A DNA stretch of 64,000 bases from Patescibacteria group bacterium (GTDB lineage: Bacteria > Patescibacteriota > UBA1384 > UBA12157 > JAENIV01): contig JAMCZU010000032.1 of the NCBI GenBank assembly GCA_023485405.1, positions 400 to 64,399 of the forward strand, given 5' to 3'. This document shows, piece by piece, positions 57,399-64,000 of this stretch (position 1 is the first letter of the stretch; every line of letters begins with the position of its first letter). Below the pieces are notes generated by a model. That model was not told the origin of the DNA. It searched no databases and saw only the letters and a program-made list of their open reading frames with translations. The position numbers and the translations under genes were made by a program.

Positions 57399-57518
57399 TT
57401 GGATAGCAACACCTGCCCTTCGTGTCAATCAAGAATAAGCTCACACTGTAAAGTATGCCCATATTGTGGGCATATAATCAAAAAAGAAGACGATCACGAG
57501 TACAAACCACCAGACTGA
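57399..57518 (+). CDS. 39-aa zinc-ribbon protein (not in ORF track)
   Basis: AAGGAGGT RBS, TTG start, CPSC...CPYCG; hairpin terminator at 57545-57576. Confidence 0.7.
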   Translation: MDSNTCPSCQSRISSHCKVCPYCGHIIKKEDDHEYKPPD

Positions 57519-57596
57519 AGTTTTTCACTATCATAATTGCATTTTAACTCTCAACTATGAGTTGGGAGTTATTTTTAACATTTTATATGCGAGAAC

Positions 57597-57625
57597 TTGA
57601 CAACTAATTGAGACGAGTCCATAAT
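57597..57625 (+). promoter_or_regulatory. promoter of peptide-rSAM locus
   Basis: TTGACA-N17-CATAAT. Confidence 0.65.
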
Positions 57626-57716
57626 ACAAACTAAAGCTAATGGATTTTGGCAATCCGTTAGTAGTTCGATCCTCTGTATCGAGGATAGCACTTTCACAAA
57701 GAAAGGAGTGACAAAC

Positions 57717-57830
57717 ATGAAACGAAAGAAAAAACTTGTCTCTGCTGCGTTGACCAAGAAAGATTGCACTCTCCGACTCACTCAGGCCTTGAATTCAGGC
57801 AGTCAAGGCCCAGACACCAGTAGAACATAG
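57717..57830 (+). CDS. 37-aa putative RiPP precursor peptide (not in ORF track)
   Basis: AAGGAG RBS; MKRKKKLVSAALTKKDCTLRLTQALNSGSQGPDTSRT; hairpin at 57858-57883, then rSAM gene. Confidence 0.65.
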   Translation: MKRKKKLVSAALTKKDCTLRLTQALNSGSQGPDTSRT

Positions 57831-57911
57831 ACAGGCAACAGAAAACGGTACCGATCAAGGCCTTGATCTTTTGGTCAAGGCCTAATACTTTTACAGGAGG
57901 GAAGCAGGAAA

Positions 57912-59300
57912 ATGGATGGTTATATAGCTTTGGAGGATAATTTCACATTACGCAGTTCGGAATCTGAGAAAACATTGCTAGATCTACAAACTGGCGAAAA
58001 GTATGTTATTGCCAACGATCAATTCGAGTTTCTTGCAGCATGCGATGGTTCTAAAAAGCTAGCAGAAATAAGTTCAGAATATAACAAAGCTTCACGCAAG
58101 GTGATAGCAAACCTTATCAGTAATCTGAATACTATCGAAGCTATTAAATTCTCGGATTCACCACACCAAAGAATCCTGCCTATTCATACCGTAGACGAGC
58201 CGAGATTGATGGGAGTTCAACTCGAAGCAACTAGTCGATGTAATATGAAATGCGTACATTGTCATCAAGGCGATTTTTATAGTCATTTTCAAGACTTAAG
58301 TCTTGCAGAAATTGAACGTTTGGTTGATGAAATGCAAGACCTACAAGTCGAGAATGTTAGCCTTAGTGGTGGAGAACCTCTTTTTAGCAATCTTACATTT
58401 GATATTGCGAATCTCATCGAGCAAAAGGACATTCGTATTTCATCCATTTTTACAAATGGATGGCTTATCGATGATGATGTTATTAAAAAAATTTTATCAT
58501 GGCGCAGTAGGGTTACGGTTTTTGTTAGTTTAGATGCTATTACCACTGAAGGAATGCGATTCCGCGGTTTTAAGCCAAATCAAGGTGCAAGAATATTAAA
58601 GATAATTCTAAATAATATTTTTGCACTCAGAAAAGCTGCTATTCCAGTCATTGTTAACACAGTAATGACGCCATACAATATTTTCCACCTTGATGAAATG
58701 TATGAATTTATGAGAAAAATTGATGTTACTAGCTGGAGGCTTGGTTTTCCTAAACGCGCAGGGTCTTTTAAGCAAAACTACCAACAATATGAGCTTAAAT
58801 GGGAAGATATGTCGTCGGCAGCACTTCGTTTGATAAAAACACATCTCCGATTAGAAAGGCCTTTCGATCTGCAAGTAGAATTTCTCTATCGGGAAAGATT
58901 ATTCAAAAACTTCCAACTACTTGTTGATGAAGACTTTATTTGCAACTACGAAGAAAGACGTGAGAGTTGCTGCATAAAATCAAACGGCAACGTTGTTTCT
59001 TGTTCTTACTGTAATGATATGCCAGTAGGTAATATCCGCAAGCAGTCATTGAGGACAATTTGGTATTCACCTCAAATGCAGTCAATCAAAAATTTACAAA
59101 TCAGAGACATTGGAGAATGTTGCGATTGTGAGTTAAGAATATTGTGTGCGACTGGCTGCAGAGCCAACGCTTATTTCCTTAATCATGAATTTCTAAATAG
59201 CAAAGATGAACAAGCATGCAGATCGGTAAAGTTTTTCATTGAAAGTCTATTGCCAGTCTTACAGGCTGAAGGCATTTTGCCCAAAAACTGGCCCCGGTAA
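57912..59300 (+). CDS. radical SAM/SPASM peptide maturase with N-terminal PqqD/RRE-like domain
   Basis: CNMKCVHC, SGGEP, SPASM cysteines (GNVVSC, C..C...C..GCRA); N-terminal beta-strands then ACDGSKKLAEI helix pattern. Confidence 0.9.
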   Translation: MDGYIALEDNFTLRSSESEKTLLDLQTGEKYVIANDQFEFLAACDGSKKLAEISSEYNKASRKVIANLISNLNTIEAIKFSDSPHQRILPIHTVDEPRLMGVQLEATSRCNMKCVHCHQGDFYSHFQDLSLAEIERLVDEMQDLQVENVSLSGGEPLFSNLTFDIANLIEQKDIRISSIFTNGWLIDDDVIKKILSWRSRVTVFVSLDAITTEGMRFRGFKPNQGARILKIILNNIFALRKAAIPVIVNTVMTPYNIFHLDEMYEFMRKIDVTSWRLGFPKRAGSFKQNYQQYELKWEDMSSAALRLIKTHLRLERPFDLQVEFLYRERLFKNFQLLVDEDFICNYEERRESCCIKSNGNVVSCSYCNDMPVGNIRKQSLRTIWYSPQMQSIKNLQIRDIGECCDCELRILCATGCRANAYFLNHEFLNSKDEQACRSVKFFIESLLPVLQAEGILPKNWPR

Positions 59301-59357
59301 ATCCTTCCGGGGCATTTTATTCAATAGTTAACCACAACATGACATTTATTCATAGCT

Positions 59358-60068
59358 ATGAAAAATAATATATATTCACCTTATCAAAAATTAGCTTCTT
59401 TTTATGATAAAACATATGATGGAAAATTTTATTTTAAATATGCTAATTTTATTAGTAAACTAGCAAAAAAAAATAAAATTAAAAATCCTATAGTTTTAGA
59501 TTTAGCATGTGGCACAGGCAGTTTGATCAAAGAATTGAATAAAAAGCTTAAAAATGTCGAAGGTGCTGACATTTCTACTGAAATGTTGCAAGTAGCTAAA
59601 TTGAAAAATCCGAAAAACAAATTTTATAGTCAAAGTTTTCAAGATTTACACTTGAATAAAACTTACGACATTATTACTTGTACATTTGATTCGATAAATT
59701 ATCTATTAAAAAAAGAAGATTTATATCGAACCATCAAAAACATTTCTCGACATCTTAAAAATAATGGCTTATTTATTTTTGACTTCAACACAACTAATAA
59801 AAAAATTGATTCAAAATTTATAAATAACAATATTATATTTAATAATTCGATAAACAAAAATTATTGGGATGCCAAAATTGAAATAATCGAAGATGGTAAA
59901 GCCAATATAGAAAATCACAGAGAAAGACTTTATACTTTAAAAGAAATAGAAAATGTCCTAGAAAAATATGGAATCAAAATTATCGAACTGTACTCCAATT
60001 TTAATGAACAAGTGAACGAAAAAAGTAAATCTAATAGATTATTTGTTATTGCTAAAAAAATTAAATAG
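59358..60068 (+). CDS. class I SAM-dependent methyltransferase
   Basis: VLDLACGTG, DIS.EML, FDSINYL, GLFIFD. Confidence 0.9.
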   Translation: MKNNIYSPYQKLASFYDKTYDGKFYFKYANFISKLAKKNKIKNPIVLDLACGTGSLIKELNKKLKNVEGADISTEMLQVAKLKNPKNKFYSQSFQDLHLNKTYDIITCTFDSINYLLKKEDLYRTIKNISRHLKNNGLFIFDFNTTNKKIDSKFINNNIIFNNSINKNYWDAKIEIIEDGKANIENHRERLYTLKEIENVLEKYGIKIIELYSNFNEQVNEKSKSNRLFVIAKKIK

Positions 60069-60242
60069 AAATAAAATTATTTCAAGGTTTAAATTGTTTT
60101 ATTTTTTCAAAACCAATCTTGGTTTTGTGCGATTGAGATTATCGCAAAAAGGTCCTTCACCATTTTCAAATATTTCAATTGGGCCTTACCGATCAAAAAA
60201 AATAGAGCCCTTTTAAGGGGGCTCTAACATAATTGGGCCGCT

Positions 60243-61496
60243 TTAGGCCATTTTACTCAACAAATTCTGAGGGCTATGTTGCAAATACTTGCTAAAAAGC
60301 CCTTTTATCACACCGAGAAGATGATCTATATCCTCCAGATCATGTAAGGCTGTGGGGCAAAACCGCAAAACAGCTTCGCCTTTGGGAACTGCCGGATATT
60401 CAAAGGGTGGACAAAATATCCCCTTTTCCTCAAGATCATCAGCAAACTGGCGAGCGAGCAATTCATCACCAATCAGAATCGGAACGACCTGCGTAGAGCT
60501 ACTCAAGGTGTCGAATCCGATTTGTTTTAAGCCGAAACGAAGCTTATCTGCCAGAGCTAAGACCTGTTGCCTTCTCCACGGTTCTGATTGAGCTATCTCT
60601 AGCGCCTTAATGGCAGCGCCGCATTCACCCGGTGACAAAGGCATACTATGGATTTGTGGACGACTATGTCTAATATATTCGATGAACCATTTTTCACCAA
60701 CGATAAATCCACCCATAGACCCCAACGCTTTGGAGATGACCCCCATTTTAACATCCACTCGGTTTCCCACACCAGCAAGTTCACATGTTCCTCTACCTTT
60801 TTTGCCTAGAATACCAGTAGCATGAGCATCGTCAACATACACGACGGCTCCGAATACTTCAGCAATAACGCAAATATCCTCAAGGGGAGCGATACCTCCA
60901 CTGGTTGAGAATATTCCGTCGGTTACAATAAGATTCAGGTCTGTCTTATGAAGATTTAACTTATGCTCAAGGTCCTGCATATCCCCAGATCGGTAATTTA
61001 TTACCTTGACGTTCGCACCCCTGGTTAAATAGGCCGCATCTTTTGCACTGGAATGTGATAATTCGTCAATAAACACTGCTCTCGACGCACGAGTATTTTC
61101 GCCAGGACAAAGATAAGAAAGTGGCGAAGCGATTACTGCAGGTATGGTGCCATGATTTGCAGCAGAGCCCGAAGTAAAAACAACAGAATCCTCTTCCCCC
61201 ATAAATCCTGCTATTTTCCTTTCGAGTTCTTTATTGATGTCCATCTCGATTACCATACGAGACGGCAAAGCTCCACAACCATATTTACGAGCCGCTTTTG
61301 CCTCTGCCTCAATAACTCTTTCGTCACTCGCAAGACCCAAATAATCAAGTGACCCAAACTGCAAAAGTTCTTTGCCGCCCAATACAATATATGGACGAAC
61401 TGCCTGGCCTTTCGCAATCCTTCTTTCAGGATAGTAATCAGACATCTCTTTTATATTCAGCTGGGCAGCTATCACATTTTTCAATCTTTCACTCAT
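60243..61496 (-). CDS. PLP-dependent alpha-oxoamine synthase (BioF/Kbl/SPT family)
   Basis: DYLGL, DELSHSS, DGIFS, DDAHATG, SKALG..GG. Confidence 0.88.
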   Translation of the reverse strand: MSERLKNVIAAQLNIKEMSDYYPERRIAKGQAVRPYIVLGGKELLQFGSLDYLGLASDERVIEAEAKAARKYGCGALPSRMVIEMDINKELERKIAGFMGEEDSVVFTSGSAANHGTIPAVIASPLSYLCPGENTRASRAVFIDELSHSSAKDAAYLTRGANVKVINYRSGDMQDLEHKLNLHKTDLNLIVTDGIFSTSGGIAPLEDICVIAEVFGAVVYVDDAHATGILGKKGRGTCELAGVGNRVDVKMGVISKALGSMGGFIVGEKWFIEYIRHSRPQIHSMPLSPGECGAAIKALEIAQSEPWRRQQVLALADKLRFGLKQIGFDTLSSSTQVVPILIGDELLARQFADDLEEKGIFCPPFEYPAVPKGEAVLRFCPTALHDLEDIDHLLGVIKGLFSKYLQHSPQNLLSKMA

Positions 61497-61509
61497 CCTT
61501 CTTTACCCC

Positions 61510-61773
61510 CTATCTTCCATATTTAAGATAACCAGTCAAAGCTAAAATAGCAGCAGGCAGACTTATAGCACCAAGCATAAACACCGGCCACTCACGGATG
61601 GTAATTCCATAATTAAGCCACGCAATTTCATCTAACAAAAGAGCTACAAGAAGGGCCATTGTAAAATCCTTGGCACTTTTTGTCTTAAACATCTTGACGA
61701 CTTGCGCGTACATTCCATAAACAAGTACGATACTTGTTAAGAAAGCAAAAACGCGACTTCCGTCAGTATACAC
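61510..61773 (-). CDS. SemiSWEET/PQ-loop family small transporter
   Basis: Q..KMFKTKSAKDF, WL.YG, 3 TM. Confidence 0.75.
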   Translation of the reverse strand: MYTDGSRVFAFLTSIVLVYGMYAQVVKMFKTKSAKDFTMALLVALLLDEIAWLNYGITIREWPVFMLGAISLPAAILALTGYLKYGR

Positions 61774-62198
61774 AGGAATGTCCTCCTTTTATTTTCAAGT
61801 TTCATCCGCCCAAAACGGAATGTGTCAAATTTAGACCAAAAGTTCAATCCAATTCAGTCCAAATTTATATTAAATTTTCTCACATTTTTATCAAAATGTC
61901 AATGGGTTTGAGACCAAAATCATAAATTATTACTCTAGTAATTATACTATTTTATTGACGATAGGAAGTTTCTTTAGTAAGTTAGTTGATTTTCCATAGT
62001 TTTATTATACCGCCGAATACTGCGATATATCAAATGAATCCAATATGTTATGGATCACGACAAAAAATTAATTTATATCTGTTACAACATTAAAATAATA
62101 GCACAATAATAAAAACTCCCCGTACTCCGCTATGCTTCAGATGAGATTTCCCGTTAGAATTTAAAAAGAGGCTTGTTAACCAGGCCTCTTTTCGATCG

Positions 62199-63224
62199 TT
62201 AAAAAAGTAGTTTTTGTGCGTTTTTTGAAAAAATCCGCGCCTTAATTTCCTTGCTATCGCCGAATACATCTTCGACAGCACGTCTTAAAGCAATTACCAT
62301 TTTCAGTCCAGAATACACGAAAACCAAACTGTGATTGATATGATAGTATAATTGCTCATCAGGATCCGCCCAGTGGTAATTAAAATCGGTCGCATAACGC
62401 TGGCCCAACACAGGGTGTATAACAGGCTGAACTCTTAAAAGGTTAAATGGTTGGTCTGTTGCAAAAAGCATCCTCTCTGACCCGAAGGTCTCTAGAGCTG
62501 CACGAAATATCTTGACATCATCCACTGCCGACGTATCGACGTAGACATTTTCATATCTTGACAAGGTTTCATAAGCCGCGAGAAGGTCGTCACTATAGAT
62601 TCTGTCCGTACCCATATGAGCTAAAATCAAACACAGTTGGGGAAATCTTTGAACGACTGATTCTACATCATTTATCTGGCTACTCAAGAAAGATGGCAAG
62701 TGCATTACTAACGGCAAACCCGATTTATTCAGTTCATTGAGCATTAAATCGGGATAAGATCTTCCAAGTGTCTTGTCACCAGGTATCGGGTAAAGTTTCA
62801 CTCCGTGAAAATGGAAATGCTCCATATCCTTTTGATATAACTTCAAATCATCGGCTGTTCCTGTCCAAAAAGGAATGAAACTCTGATCATGTTCTGAAAG
62901 CTCGGCCAAGTAGTTATTGGCACTGGCAAAATCAAATCCAGGAAATGGAAAGGCAAAAGCAACCTGACGCATCACTTTATCAGAAAAAAACATTTCTCTT
63001 AACCGATAGTGAATTTCAGCATCAGCATAGAGAAAAGTACTGCCCATGTAACGATCCCAATTTTCAGAAAGCGGTCGGATACACTTCGCAGGCATTACGT
63101 GAGTATGGAAATCAAGTATTTCACTTGGAATCCAATCGAGAACCTCTTGCAAAAGGGCAATTTCTTCATTGTTGATTTTGAAACCATATTGCAGATAGGA
63201 ATCAGTTCGGTTTTTCAGGTACAT
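62199..63224 (-). CDS. amidohydrolase family (Amidohydro_2-like) metallohydrolase
   Basis: DFHTH, GVKLYP, LAHMG, YVDTS, FATDQP. Confidence 0.85.
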   Translation of the reverse strand: MYLKNRTDSYLQYGFKINNEEIALLQEVLDWIPSEILDFHTHVMPAKCIRPLSENWDRYMGSTFLYADAEIHYRLREMFFSDKVMRQVAFAFPFPGFDFASANNYLAELSEHDQSFIPFWTGTADDLKLYQKDMEHFHFHGVKLYPIPGDKTLGRSYPDLMLNELNKSGLPLVMHLPSFLSSQINDVESVVQRFPQLCLILAHMGTDRIYSDDLLAAYETLSRYENVYVDTSAVDDVKIFRAALETFGSERMLFATDQPFNLLRVQPVIHPVLGQRYATDFNYHWADPDEQLYYHINHSLVFVYSGLKMVIALRRAVEDVFGDSKEIKARIFSKNAQKLLF

Positions 63225-63383
63225 TCACATATCCCCCTTTTGAAATTACTTTATATTATAACCAGAATCGCTAGATAAGTAAAGACTAAAGGTCTCTAAG
63301 ATTTTAATAAAATAAAAAAGCCCCCATAGTATAAAAACCTATGGGGGGACATGGACATTGGCGTCCGTCGTAGAGTTCGACCT

Positions 63384-63452
63384 CTACTTGTAGCTTCCGC
63401 TAGTTGAGCATGTGTTCTTACACACTTTGATCTTTCGAATTTTCTTGATCAT
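63384..63452 (-). CDS. 22-aa basic Cys-containing peptide (not in ORF track)
   Basis: AAAGGGGG RBS; MIKKIRKIKVCKNTCSTSGSYK; terminator-like hairpin at 63320-63348. Confidence 0.35.
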   Translation of the reverse strand: MIKKIRKIKVCKNTCSTSGSYK

Positions 63453-63504
63453 TCTAACCAACCCCCTTTCGTTAATTTTAGAGTATCATATTTCGCACCT
63501 TTAT

Positions 63505-63987
63505 TCAAACAGAGACCAGAACCTGAGACTCAAAAGTCCGGTAATCTACATCCGCCTGTCTGACTAATTCGCGCAACTTAAGGTTATTCTCGATAAATGT
63601 CGTGATTTCTCTTGGATCATACGACCGCAAATATAGCAATCCAATATGAATCCCAATCTTGAAGAAATCCGTGCTGTGATACTGCAATGTCGACGAAAAA
63701 ACATTGTGGTTGTAGTCGAAATCAGTTGAGCCCGCTGATCTGTCAAAACAAAAACTATCAAGAAATTCTTTCATAGTCACTTCTGTTTCTGCCTCAAAAG
63801 TGAAACCAGTTTGGAAATGTAGAGAAATGATCTTGAGATATTTCTGAATCGTCAAACCAGGGTTCATTAAGCGCAAAAGACCAGCTTTAAAATCGGCAAA
63901 GCCCTGTCCGCTCTGATCATAAAGAGTGTGATCGGAAACGTAGCCAAAACGCTCGATAGTCAGGTCGGGTCTGTTCATTATTTCCAC
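63505..63987 (-). CDS. hypothetical protein (start may lie outside the window)
   Basis: 160-aa ORF, no recognisable motif. Confidence 0.5.
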   Translation of the reverse strand: MEIMNRPDLTIERFGYVSDHTLYDQSGQGFADFKAGLLRLMNPGLTIQKYLKIISLHFQTGFTFEAETEVTMKEFLDSFCFDRSAGSTDFDYNHNVFSSTLQYHSTDFFKIGIHIGLLYLRSYDPREITTFIENNLKLRELVRQADVDYRTFESQVLVSV

Positions 63988-64000
63988 AAGATGTGGGGTG

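Noticed and set aside
799-63761. Numerous short antisense or nested ORFs in the track (e.g. 799-1137, 4976-5341, 41045-41347)
   Set aside because: They are shadows of well-supported genes on another frame or strand.

Overview
AT-rich bacterial chromosome segment using genetic code 11. The gene content (short tsf, prfA, pheS and L9; many pilins; few biosynthetic genes) suggests a Patescibacteria/CPR genome; this is inference. Positions 1-51 kb are mostly housekeeping: frr-tsf-rpsB, rpmE-prfA, gatCAB, ligA, htpX/lemA, mnmA/folD/iscSU, metG/rsmI/rsmA, intein-containing pcrA and dnaB, dnaX, a type IV pilus operon, two response regulators and pheS. Positions 51-64 kb are accessory. Main observations: (1) an integrase-free array of gene cassettes (membrane proteins, toxin-antitoxin pairs), each delimited by a copy of the last 22-50 bp of an upstream histidine kinase gene; (2) two unannotated structured RNA candidates, each with its own promoter, between dnaB and pcrA; (3) a PilB ATPase with an N-terminal HU/IHF-like domain; (4) a covarying two-hairpin leader shared by two pilus-related genes 31 kb apart; (5) an RRE-rSAM/SPASM enzyme next to an unannotated 37-aa precursor peptide; (6) RAYT-associated REP palindromes and 7-bp periodic repeats lying in frame inside essential genes. 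Two local fold-back duplications (tsf and a methyltransferase) are probably assembly errors. No rRNA, tRNA or CRISPR array was seen.
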